From Hormiphora californensis (lineage: Eukaryota > Animalia > Ctenophora), in contig CM035351.1 of assembly GCA_020137815.1 (NCBI GenBank), forward strand, positions 6,448,001-6,512,000: a stretch of 64,000 nt of DNA, given 5' to 3'. Positions 13,578-25,487 of the stretch are shown here, one piece after another (within the stretch, counting starts at the first letter, position 1; every line of letters begins with the position of its first letter). The notes under the pieces are model-generated. The model did no database searches. It was given only the letters and a program-made list of their open reading frames with translations, and was not told where the DNA came from. The position numbers and the translations under genes were made by a program.

Positions 13578-16500
13578 CGAAGGCCGCGAAGGCCGCGAAG
13601 AGTGTGAGGTGTCTTCGATACCAAGGTCATACAATGGTATACTCGTGAGGAGAGTTGGCCTGCTTGGATAATTTTCCCATGCAAGAGTGTGAGCAATTGA
13701 AGAGGAATAAAAAACTCAGCTAAGGTAGATTTGGGTAAGAGAAGTTCAAAAGCAGGTCCCTAGTCGACAGTAGACACCGAGGGAGAATAGAGATGTTCGG
13801 AAATCGGAGATAACTTTGAGGGGTAATTTCGTCACCAAGGACATCACAGCGCTGGCAAGCGCCCCGGGGCCAATCCCATGCCAAGAAACACAATTGAGGT
13901 GGTTAAGAAGTAGCGCCAGTGGTACACAGGGGGTAACCTTACACCCTGAGAACAGAGGGAGATCTAGCAGATAGCTGTCAACGCCCTCCCCCACCCCCAC
14001 CTACGGGCCAGCGCTTATATACTTATTGTACAGATGGGCCATTTTCAAGCGGCTTAAAAACATACTTCCATAATTTCAATCTAGCTCAAATTTTGTAGTT
14101 AGAGTTGCCAACTAGGGAACTTTGTTGTGTAAAAATTTCATGCTCCTAGGGTTTGTACTTCACAAGTTATGAAGGGCTCAAATTTCGGCCATTTAAGATA
14201 TATACATCGATCGATAGATACAGATTTTTGCGTCAATCCTCGAAACACGATTTCTCAAAAACGGTAAACCGTAACTGTACAATTCCAAAAACATCTTTTA
14301 GTGCTAGTGCTTGACCGTGTTTTAAAGCGAGATGGTGTAAATTGGTCAATCATAACAAGAGTTATGACGGTCTTAAATAATTAAGACGATTTCTAAGAAA
14401 CACGATTTCTCAAAAACGGTAAACCGTAACTGTACAATTCCAAAAACATCTTTTAGTGCTAGTGCTTGACCGTGTTTTAAAGCGAGATGGTGTAAATTGG
14501 TCAATCATAACAAGAGTTATGACGGTCTTAAGATTTAGGAAGATTTTAAATATATCTCGAGTGTCTACCGATTTTAGAAAAACTTCTGGCCGGCTCAATT
14601 TGGTCGAGAAATGACTCTGTCTGTGGTAAAACCAAAACACATGATACTTGAACCAAAACCAAACACGTTTGGTGGATTTCCCGGGGCAACAGAACGTGAA
14701 ACTATGTTATATCGAAAATAAATGATATGGAGACTCCCGGGGTCCGGGGTGCTGTCAAGTCCGCTATTCACAAACTGTCCAATCACTTCTTAAATGAAGT
14801 ATGAACGTTTGTAGACTGGCGCGTTATGAAGTTGGCTGTTCCCAGCGCGAGCTGGGGACAGCCAACTGGAGTTTAATCGCCCGGCAGGGCGATTAAACTG
14901 GTTTAAATCCCAACTCCGATCCCGAGGCGCCAGCCGAGGGTGAGGGGGAGGTGATTTAAACCTATAACGCGATAGGCTAACAAACGTTCATATTTTATGA
15001 AACCCGATAGTAATTACACACAAATAAGAGACACAACACAAGGTGAAACACACTAGAACTGCTGGTAAATAGTCAACAGATACCCTGAAAATGTGTGTAG
15101 ACTTAGTGTCTACTGTTCCTAACATGTTTGAGAAAGAGAGAGAAAGATTAGGGGCAATACACACTGTCAGAGGTAATGAACAGTAAAAGAGACAATGAGA
15201 GAGAGAAATGAATGGAATGTGATTCTTTTCACTCCTTATGAGAGAGATAACATTGAAACGTGTTGCAGACATGTTTCCCCTTTCTTTTGTTGACAGAACT
15301 GTGTGTTTACACACATTTTCAATACTTAGAATTTTACACGCATGTTATTCAAATGAAGAGAAACGCGTGAAAAAGGACACTGGCCTGATAAATCGCTAGC
15401 AGGGTGTTAAATCCCCCAGCTAGCAGTTATCATGAGCGCGCAAAATCTTCAAACGACTGATAAATCAACTATCGGGTTTCATAAACAAATAAAAGTTGTC
15501 TCGTTGCATAAAACACCTGAGTTTTCCTTTCAATCGCCAGCAACAGTTTTCCAAACTGTGGTAATTCCTATGAATAGCGGACTTGACAGCACCCCGGCCC
15601 CCGGGAGTCTCCATATCATTTATTTTCGATATAACATAGTTTCACGTTCTGTTGCCCCGGGAAATCCACCAAACGTGTTTGGTTTTGGTTCAAGTATAAC
15701 CAACATACCAGGAGTAGCAGAGTTGGAGGGTTCAAATACGTTGGTGTCCTGGCAAAAGTCATTGTTCTGTCCCTTCCTTGTCTTGTCCCACAGGTAGATA
15801 AACTTGTAGAACACATCTGAACAGGTTTAGAGGACTTTTGTTAGAAGCAGCTGACATGAACTGGTTAGGACAAGGGAACAATGCAATGGGGGGGGGGGGG
15901 GGTATCTAATATTGGGGGGGGGTGTCTATCTAATTCCAGTTACCTCCACTCGAGCTGACTAGTCTCTTGTTTATGTATTCAGCGTACTTGTTCTCTCCAC
16001 AGGTGTCAGGGTTCCCATCTCTGCAGTTGAGGGGCACCTTGTCACCAAACTTGGGCACCACGTATTTCTAGGTGATAGTGTGGTGTTATTCATTTTCATA
16101 CAGTTTAGGCTTAACGAGAGAGTCTGTTGGTGCGGTGACAGAACCCTGTTACCACATAGACTTGGTGAACCGAGAGCGGGTTGATTATAGTGCTAACTTA
16201 CATCACTCATGTATTGGAAGGCAGCCATGGGAGATCCCCGAGATAGTCCGTTAGTACGGTACACACAGTTCATGATCTGTGGAGAAGAAGGGGAGTGAGA
16301 GGCTAGTGAGAAGGGAGTGAGATACAGGGAAAACATGACTGGTTACCATGGTTACAGCTAATAGTGTAGTTTCAGTAGTGGTGGTTACCATGGCTACAGC
16401 TAATAAACTCTACCTGGTACAAGTCGGTGAGGTCTTTGCGGTACCAGGTGACATTTTTAGCGAATATCTGTTGGTACATGTCCACTATCTGTGTAGAAGT

Positions 16501-18819
16501 GTGGGCCCATCCAGCGGGTAGTGTAGTTCCAGCCTGTGTAGTGGTGGTGGTTACCATGGTTACTTAGAAACTAACTTACTGTGGATACTAACTGCGGTTA
16601 CCATGGTTACTATTATAATTGGGACACAACAAGAAGGAACTCACCCTATAAGGCATTAGTGATTTGATGTACCCCAGATCTTCCCAGTCTTGGAACTCAT
16701 CCGGAATCATGTCACTGTCATAAAAACACCGCCGCACTGGTTCTACATTCGGACAGTCTGTCGTCTCAACACAAGTTTTAGATACCTTCAAAATGAGGAT
16801 TTGGATAAACAATGAACAATATTCTGATCAGACATAAAAACAGAACTTCCTAACAACTATTGCTTACCGCTGCGGGGTTTTCCTTTTTCAGTGTTTCACA
16901 TTGCTGGATAAGATTATCACTGTAGTTATCAGTATCCAAGAACTTGCCCAGTTTAGGACCGGTCTGGCCGAATGTAAAGGATCGGTGATGTGGAAATGCA
17001 CGTTCTGCAATAGGGACAACCTCCTCCCCCGTCTGGACTTTGAGTGTCTGGAATATAAAGGAAAGGTTAGCTTGTCTCATATAAGACCCTCTTCTTCGCA
17101 CCGGGCCGAAGGCCCGGTGCGGCTACGTGAGGCCGCGTAGCGAGGAGGTTGCACGATGTACACTTTGTACAGTCAGTGTATGACAAAGGTTAGCAGCCTT
17201 CTCACTACGTGTGGTTGATAATAGAAAAATTCATGTTGTACTAGGTACTTAGAAATGTTGCTATGTTTACTACCTCATCCATAATGTATCGTTTAGAGCG
17301 GGACTGTCCCAGTAGACCCTGAACGGCTGGATTTGCGAGGGCAGCGTACAGTCTCTCAACCTCATCCTCTTCTTCGATGTAACCTGTGAACATATTTTAG
17401 AAGTTAGCAAGGGAGGAAGGGTTATTTTTAGAACCACATTGCTTAGTCGAGACTCCAGTTGATTTCAGAATTTAGAAGGAGGGGTTATTTGGAGCAAAAT
17501 ATAGTGAGATGATTTTAGAAGTTAGCATGGGATGAGGGGTTATTTGGAGCATCATTGCTTAATGCTTAGTGATGTGAATAGTTCCCTAAAACATGCTGTA
17601 CCGTAGAGCTGTGAGTAGTGTTCAACGAACGGAGCCAATTCTTCATATTCTGGCTCTTCCCCATTATGTGACTGAGAAGGTGAATGGGTGGGTGAGTGAG
17701 TGAGTGGGTGGGTGAGTGGGTGAGTGAGTGAGTGAGTGGGTGAGCGGGTGGGTGGGTGGTTGAGTGAGTGAGTGGGTGGGTGGGAGGGTGGGTGAGTGAG
17801 TGAGTGGGTGAGTAAGTGAGTGAGTGAGTGAGTGAGTGAGTGAGTGAGTGAGTGAGTGAGTGAGTGAGTGAGTGAGTGAGTGAGTGAGTGAGTGAGTGAG
17901 TGAGTGAGTGAGTGAGTGAGTGAGTGAGTGAGTGAGTGAGTGAGTGAGTGAGTGAGTGAGTGAGTGAGTGAGTGAGTGAGTGAGTGAGTGAGTGAGTGAG
18001 TGAGTGAGTGAGTGAGTGAGTGAGTGAGTGAGTGAGTGAGTGAGTGAGTGAGTGAGTGAGTGAGTGAGTGAGTGAGTGAGTGAGTGAGTGAGTGAGTGAG
18101 TGAGTGAGTGAGTGAGTGAGTGAGTGAGTGAGTGAGTGAGTGAGTGAGTGGGTGAGTGGGTGGGTGGGCGAGTGAGTGAGTGAGTGGGTGAGTGGTGGGT
18201 GAGGTGTGTGGTGGGTGAGGTGTGTAGTATCGACAATTATACAAAACATCCCCTCGTCAGATAAGACCTACCATTAGAATCATTTTAGCCTCTATGACAA
18301 CATCAATACCATACTGATCTATCAGCAAATCAATCTCATCTTTCTCTGTTTCTGGCAGGTCAGTGCTCTCCTCTCCACCATTCTCATTCTGTGAGAGATG
18401 TAATTTAGAGAGGGAGAGACTCCAATTATAATTCGCATGTCAGGGTAACTTACCTTTGGCTCGATTCCAAACAAACGAATAATATCGGTCTGGCGAAGAA
18501 GCGATGCCGGGTTAATTTCAAAATCAGCTCCCCCTACTTTTCCACTTTCTGATGAAAGGGTTTAATATAAAGCTAACTGCTCAAGCCTCAGTTGGGATAA
18601 GAAATGAATTATTTGGCACAATATCTTACCTATTAGGTACATGTAGCTATCAACGAATGTGTCACGTCGCTTATCGTACTCCTCCCCGCTCATTCCAGCC
18701 TCGAGCAAGGTTGGTTTGAGTTGTTCGAATGCAGCCAGTGCTTTATTCAACCCATGAGAGTTGGTAATGGAAGACACAGCCAGGGGAAGGAGCAGGAATA
18801 CAACGCAAAACAACCTCAT
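11404..18819 (-). CDS. Secreted papain-family (C1A) pseudo-protease with propeptide-like N-terminus, EGF-like repeats and C-terminal ShK-like domain; about 17 exons
   Basis: Signal peptide MRLFCVVFLLLPLAVSS; I29-like EEYDKRRDTF...FEINPASL; RSKR; IPDEFQDWEDLGYIKSL (cf. LPxxFDWR); PAGWAH (cf. GSCWAF); QIMNC...GSPMAAFQYM; GPLAVMM; QWVMLATYG (cf. HAVxxVGYG); several CxxGxxGxxC EGF motifs; terminal CHRFKTRKRC...CPHHCGHC. Exons joined in frame by GT-AG introns. Confidence 0.75.
14025..14644. mobile_element. Probable DNA-transposon fragment in intron, with a direct repeat of about 133 bp (about 14243-14377 and 14398-14531)
   Basis: Non-coding with a visible internal direct duplication; abuts the MITE. 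Confidence 0.45.
14647..15694. mobile_element. MITE-like element, TIRs of about 125 bp, TA target duplication
   Basis: 14647-14770 is the reverse complement of 15571-15694; TA at 14645-46 and 15695-96; inner IR tttatgaaacccgatagt / actatcgggtttcataaa. Confidence 0.85.
17690..18200. repeat. (GAGT)n microsatellite, intronic
   Basis: Directly visible. Other microsatellites: (CAAA)n 9045-9165 and 13125-13248; (GA)n 20620-20755 and 51103-51170; (GT)n 28354-28560. Confidence 0.98.
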
Positions 18820-19378
18820 CTTCCTACTGAAAGTGATTGTGGTTGAGATATGGAAGTAGAGAACTAACGAAAGATATCAGATATGACACCGTCAGAAGGA
18901 AGGAGTTGTCCAAAACAGTATCTTCACAACTCAAACAACATCTCCTGAAACAAGTCATGTGATTTGTGGCGGACAGTCTTTTGCAAAAGTGAAGTCGCAC
19001 TCGATTTTGGTACCCGCGGAACTTTTTCCGCGCGCAGAAGGAAACATTGCGCGTCGTTTGTGTTGCTGACATCTGTGTTTTTTGTAACAGTTTACAACAG
19101 GCGCGCGTTCCAAACCGTCCCGTTAGCGGTTCCAGCTCAAAATAGACGTGCTGCACTATTTCATGGTCTTTGTTTAGAAGACATGGTCCAAATTTGAAAA
19201 GGGAACTAAAACGCTTCCAGTTAAGGGGGGTTGACAGAATAAATTATAGAAAACGAGTCTTTAGTTAGACACACCTTATAACAATCACACTCAGAGATAT
19301 CAGCGTTGAGGGTGACGCTGTGTGTGTGTGTGACATGGGAAATTTAAAACACGGCAGAGGGCTCTTATCATATTCAGT

Positions 19379-20640
19379 TCATGTCTTTTCATCGGGCCAA
19401 CAATCTACAACAGATGCTAAAAGTACAGTAATATCGTCCAGTTTGCCCCCTCTAAAGTTGATGCCGTAGTGTTGTGCTTTAACTGCGAAGGGTGACATGT
19501 ACTGTTCGTCCATGGCAAGGTCCCGGGCATCAGCAGCCAGCCGATCAGCTACCGTCTTGAGGTCCTCGTATGAAGGCGCCTGGGGGTGTTGGGTGTGTTA
19601 GAACTTTGTATACAGTGCTGGTTAGAAATGACTGTCTCTTATCAGGTGGCCTATGATTGGGGGAGAGAAAGGTATTTAGAAAAATGGACCGCAGAGCAGC
19701 CCGGCACCGGATAAAATTACACTCTCTCTCAATATTGTTAGTTCAGGGCTGGATGTTGTGCAAACATTGCTGATTATTAGAACTGGTCGGGAGGGAAGTA
19801 ATAGTACCGGAGGAGATTTAATTTAATTGGGCCGGAAAACAAACACACTCACATATCGATCTATCTGTTGTAGTCTCTCTACTATTTGTTTCTGGAACAT
19901 ATTATCAAAGAGGCCGTCCGTTGCCATGACAATGAGATCTCCCCTCTGTATAGAAATCGTAGCTGTGTCTGCATCACTCGGCCTGCCAATTATATAACGA
20001 GTTAAAGAGGAAGGATGGAAAGAAGTTCAAACAGAGTTGAGAAAAGATGGAGATAAGAGGCCAGATGGAAATGAGTTGAAGAGTGGGGGGTCTAAAATAA
20101 AGAGTTTAGGGTCGGGGAAACAATGGTTACATTTACTACATAACACAGCCACATTGAATCTAAAAACTATGCCGCCAGTAAGCCTACAGTTACAACATAT
20201 AACAGTTAAATCACAAAAGAGGTACAAACAAACAAGGAATGTTTGGCGGCTTGCCATCATTTCCTGTTGACAGAACTCTACAAACAGACAGGAATTTACT
20301 ACAAACAGACTACTACATGCACTGTACACTACTGACTAGTGTAATCGCTGCTTCTAGAACGCATCCTTCTATACATGCTATAGAACAAGCACTTTGTAAT
20401 AATGCACGATGACGTAAGAGGTGGTCTTATAATGACATTCCTAACCGAAGCAATGATATTTACCCAACGTCATGAACACTCTAAATTACCCTAGACTAGG
20501 AAAACATAATAATATTACAAGGTAGATAACTGCACGCACTGTTGCATTTTTCTCACCACCCAAATCTATTTTTCATCTTCTTCATTTTCAATCATTAATC
20601 TTGCTGCATATTATCAAGAGAAACAGAGAGAGACAGAGAC

Positions 20641-20674
<34 letters not shown>

Positions 20675-20675
20675 A

Positions 20676-20759
<84 letters not shown>

Positions 20760-23609
20760 GTTCAGGTGGCACCAGCTATAAGAAGCATTTTGGCAAGTAT
20801 CCAGCTACAAATAACATGTTTTGATAATCCTGATTTCTCTCTTAATAACAACCCCCTCATACCCACATTCTCTCCTCATAATATATAACGCGACTATCAG
20901 GACACATAAATTCAGGCCTCACGTGAGGAGAATAGAAACTTGAAACTGGGCACTCTCCTGAAGCGCAACACCAGGTGACAGTGGTGGCGATGTGATGGCC
21001 TTTTTCATTCCAAAGAGAAAAGAGCGAGCTCGGGAAGCTGAAACTTTTGAAATAGAGAGAGGAGTGAGGGAGAACTATGAGAGTTATGATAGAGTGAGCG
21101 GATTAGGACTCCTCACGTGTGGGTGGTATTCAATGTCCTCTCAGGAACTCGTGTTGCTATTATTATACAGACAGCATAGAAAGAAAGAATAAAGGGAGAA
21201 GGGTGGGATAACGCGTTATCCCACCCTTCTCCCTTCTTTCTATGCTGTCGGGCAGTTCATGGTTGTATGTTTCTAACGTAGTTCATCGAGTGAAATGAAC
21301 ATGGACGACAATCATGCACACTCTTACACCTGTCTTTCTCTCACACCATGATGTAGAGATCTCTAAATGTGAGAGGTCGCATGCAGAGTTATCATGGCTA
21401 ATGACATACTGTGTACTGGGGAACCCGGGGAGAGAGATATTGCGTGTATTGTATACCAGAGGTGTTGTTATGTTCTAATCCCCCGAGGGGGCCCGGAGAG
21501 AGAGAGAGAGAGGGTCGAACAAGGCAACCAGCGTGTAGGGCGTGGGCAGCGTTATTGAACAACACATTTGCAATATGTTCAATGAGTTGAATACATTACG
21601 CCCTGAATGAGTAGGAAGGTTGCTGCATCACTGCAGCATGAGGGCGTGAGGTGGACCGCATTACACCGTTTAGTTAATTATAGTCAACCATCACTGTGTA
21701 TAACTGCAGTACACTGCCAGAGGTGTGTCAATACAGTGTGTGTGACTACATACACCTCATACCATGAGTACCACCACGTACACTGTTTTAAAATAAACAT
21801 CCTACTGTTGCAGTACACATGCCGACACTAGAAATAAACACCATGACATATCGCGGAAAGAGAGGGTCGAACAAGGATACCATGACACACATGCCCCACA
21901 CATGTGACATGGCTCTTCAATAGATATTGTTGTCTCGACTGTTTCTAGAACAACTATTGCATTATTATCTCGACTTCCCGGTTCAAAGCCCATGGCAGTT
22001 CCATTTACGTCAAAAATTAACGGACAATAAAATGTGTGTGTGTGTGTGTGTCTGTGTTGATGCGTTTGTATGTTCGTGATTTTTCTGTGCTTCCCTTCTC
22101 TCAGTTTCTCTCCCTCTCTCTCTCTTTCTCCCTCTCCCTGTCTCTTATTTTCTTTCTCTAACACACTCTAGTCTGTTCTCCTATCATTTTAACAGGCAAA
22201 GGCTTGTAACAAGCAGGAATTCCAGAAAGAAAAAGAAGGAAGGGAGGATGGAAAAACAAGAGATGTAAAAACAGAGAAAATACTAGGATTTTGTCAAGGC
22301 CTCCGATAGTTTAAAAAGAGTTGATCAGCTTGGTAGGACTTGTAATAAGAATACCATTGACACACAAGGAGCGGCCTTATTGCGAAAGTAACCCAAAAGT
22401 GAACCAGGGATAGATGATTTAATCGTATAATAATTCACAGCTCCATTGTATATTCGGTCTAACGATGCCCAGCTTAACACACACGCACCAACATATTCAA
22501 GAGATTATATCATCGTGGGAGAGATTACAGTGGTTTAGCAATACATACTTCTAGAAGTTTTGGAAGCTTTTGAAGACAGCGCTAAATACCCAACAGTTAT
22601 ACCATCAAGTATTTACGATTTAGTAGAGTAAGAAATATATATGGGAGTAAGAGAAAGCAGTAAAGCCTGTTTTTCTAGTGTGACAACTGCATACCTGTCC
22701 TGAATGACGCCTTGTCGGCCAGTATTGATGCTAAGTTGGTAGGGTGTGTTAAAGTAGTGTTGCTGCTCCTGACTCTGGTACACAACACTATCCCCCCTCA
22801 CCACCATAAACCCACTGTCACCTAGATTAGCTGCCGATACCTCCTTCCTCTCCTTGTCCATTACAACTATACACGCTGTACAACTTCCTAGAATAGAGCG
22901 GGGATGTTATAAGGAGGAGGAGGGGGATATATGTGATTTGGAGATTAGATTGAATATTCATCGAGCTAAGGGCTCAACTTCTGAGTGCATTCCTAATAAA
23001 TTTCCTATTAAATTTAAAGTAACAAAGTAAAGAAATATATGGTCGCTAAGTGCTCTGCCTCCTATCACATACAAGAGGAATTACCAAGAAGGGGGCTTTT
23101 CATTTGCATCATTTGCTCGTACGCCCTCTGAAGGAGACCAACAGGACTGAGAATATCGGTAGTTGTGGACCGAGCTAGTCTCTCGCAGTTCATCATGAGG
23201 GATCGGGTGAACTTACTGGGATCCACGTCATATCTTCTCCATCCCCCAACTCCATCAGCGATACCTGGTGGAGTGGAGCGTGTCACAGAGAGATTTTAGA
23301 CGACAGTTTTAGTAAATGCATGTCCCAAGATAATTCAGTCTCCACAAAGAAATAGTGTGCATGTAAAATTATGCAAAAAAAAGTGGAATTCCATTAAAAC
23401 TACCCGATAACATTAATAATTCATCACATACCGATAACACTGCGTTTCTCGTTTTCCACAATAAAGAAAGCATCATCCCCAAAGTGGGCGGGTCCAGCGT
23501 TTCGGGGATGGGTCCGGGGAACACCGCTACAAGCGCACAACAACCGAGGTTTAAAGGGCTGGCGGAGTCCAAGTAGTAAACTACGCCCAATGTACAGGAG
23601 CGACTGCAT
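19379..23609 (-). CDS. PPTC7: PP2C-family phosphatase PTC7 homolog, 5 exons
   Basis: [64 protein letters not shown]. Exons approximately 23609-23432, 23264-23085, 22888-22695, 19983-19853, 19578-19379. Confidence 0.93.
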
Positions 23610-23821
23610 TGCTCTCAGAGAGATTGAGTCATCTCTCGATCCGGCTACATTTTATAGGAACGCTAAAATCTGTTAAAATGGAGTTAGGTAACTATGGCGA
23701 CCAAAGGAGGGGGGAGAGAGCGAAGACACAATTTCTAGCTAATGATTAATTCGGTTAATAATGTTGGACAGGAATGGGAAAATTATAAATCAACGAAACA
23801 AAGTGGGTAAAAACTATTTCG

Positions 23822-24934
23822 TCATTTTTCATAGACTTTTAGGGATGCAAGATTCCTCCACTTATCCTTCAGGTTGACATTGGTTCTGCCCGGAGCGAAA
23901 CTGAAGGATTTATCTGCTAGAATGGCAGCCCAATTAGAATGACCATGCTTTTTAACACCATCAATTAAACACTTTGCTTCTTCATCTGTCCACTTCATGC
24001 GTATACCACTCCTTACTGAATCATTAATCGACGCATCTCCCACACTTCTCTTTGACATTCGTCTTGACCGGTTTGTTATTTGGACGGGAGACTCAGAGAC
24101 ACTTATATCCTCGTCTGTTTCTGTCTGTTTCTGTCTGGATCTGTTTGCTTTCCTTTTCTCAGGTTTTGGAGATTGCTTCGGAGAGACTAACCCAACAACA
24201 ACCACCTTAGAATTTTTCTTGGCTGGCGACTTGGCTCCTCGTGTCTTTCTCTTTTTAGCTGGTTTTGGTGCAGGTGGTGGACTGTTTTCAATATCAGAAT
24301 CATTTTCCTTGGACTGCTCCTCTACTACCTGTTCCTCAACTTTTCCCTCTTCCGTTAGTACCAAACTCGGCCCAATTTTCCTGTGGAAGGGAACAAACGC
24401 AAGACAGAGTTGCCGGTGGAAAGCCATAGTGATATCATCTATAACGTTATCATCATTTAACGAATCGGCAACTATGGTGGTGTACTTTAGACGGAGAATA
24501 GGACACAAGTTTATAATTTCTTTCAAAGTTTTATCCAAATCTTCCATGGTGCCTTCTGTATGTCGTAGATAGAGCATTTCTCGATAGCAAGTAAACACAG
24601 ACTCCACATTGATAATTCTCTCTTCATCTTCCTCATTTATTTCCACTTCATATGTGTTCGCTGCATGTTGTAAATCGTCAGCAAATTTATTTTGAACCTC
24701 ATGCACCAGTTCCATGTCCTCTGCCGAAATAACACTGACCAGAATCTCATGAAGTTCCAGTCGGAATTTGAGCATGGTGGGTATGTTCAGGGGAAGGTGA
24801 TCCCTGTAGACATTTATCATCGCAAGACAGCGCTTGGATAAAGCAGGGTTACAGCCATGGACGGATTCAATATACTCCCAGAGGAGCCCATCTATGACCA
24901 GGAACAACTCCTGGGTTCTTTCATCTGCGGCCAT
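23822..24934 (-). CDS. Telomere-repeat-binding-factor-like protein (C-terminal single Myb/telobox), intronless
   Basis: KWTDEEAKCLIDGVKKHGHSNWAAIL...RTNVNLKDKWRNL telobox signature; helical N-terminal half; basic linker. Confidence 0.85.
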   Translation of the reverse strand: MAADERTQELFLVIDGLLWEYIESVHGCNPALSKRCLAMINVYRDHLPLNIPTMLKFRLELHEILVSVISAEDMELVHEVQNKFADDLQHAANTYEVEINEEDEERIINVESVFTCYREMLYLRHTEGTMEDLDKTLKEIINLCPILRLKYTTIVADSLNDDNVIDDITMAFHRQLCLAFVPFHRKIGPSLVLTEEGKVEEQVVEEQSKENDSDIENSPPPAPKPAKKRKTRGAKSPAKKNSKVVVVGLVSPKQSPKPEKRKANRSRQKQTETDEDISVSESPVQITNRSRRMSKRSVGDASINDSVRSGIRMKWTDEEAKCLIDGVKKHGHSNWAAILADKSFSFAPGRTNVNLKDKWRNLASLKVYEK

Positions 24935-25487
24935 GTTTTCTGAAGAATAGAATTGTAGCTTAACGGGATCGTGAAGTACAAACTACAAACCTAACAGAGG
25001 GTAGTGTGCAGCGTTTGCTAAGGCCTAAGCAGTAGAGCGAAACACGAGTTCAAAATAAAAGTGGTCGCAAACTTAGCAAACGTTGCTGTCCCCAGCAGCG
25101 GGATAAGGCAGCGCTTTCCAAGTAGCAAACCGTCTTTTTAAAATGTTCGGCCAAAAATTCGGGCGCCGTTACGATCTGGGTGTTTGGATGCCTGTTTACA
25201 GGTGCACGCTGCCAAAAAAGTTGATTCACTAAAATGGCTCTAACCGCCAAACCACTCAACCGTTTTGGCTGATTCAAAGTTTATCGGGTAGGGAATGTCA
25301 AGGCCTAACCCCAACCCAAACCCCAACCCTAACCCTACTTTAGCCCTAACCCTAAAAAACCGTTTGTCAGCACTCCCAAAACACCCAGATTTTAACGCTG
25401 GCCAAAAATTCTGTGCGCCGTTACGATCTGGGTGTTTGGAGGCCTGTTTACAGGTGCGCGCTGCCAAAAAAGTTGATTCACTAAAAT

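Noticed and set aside
13746-14000. Possible second papain domain (LPPVYHWR in one frame)
   Set aside because: The frame closes quickly and the flanking exons join in phase without it; treated as intronic.
17552-18249. (THSL)n ORFs, and similar (CV)n, (RE)n, (CLFV)n and NKSQ ORFs elsewhere
   Set aside because: Translations of micro/minisatellites lacking stop codons.
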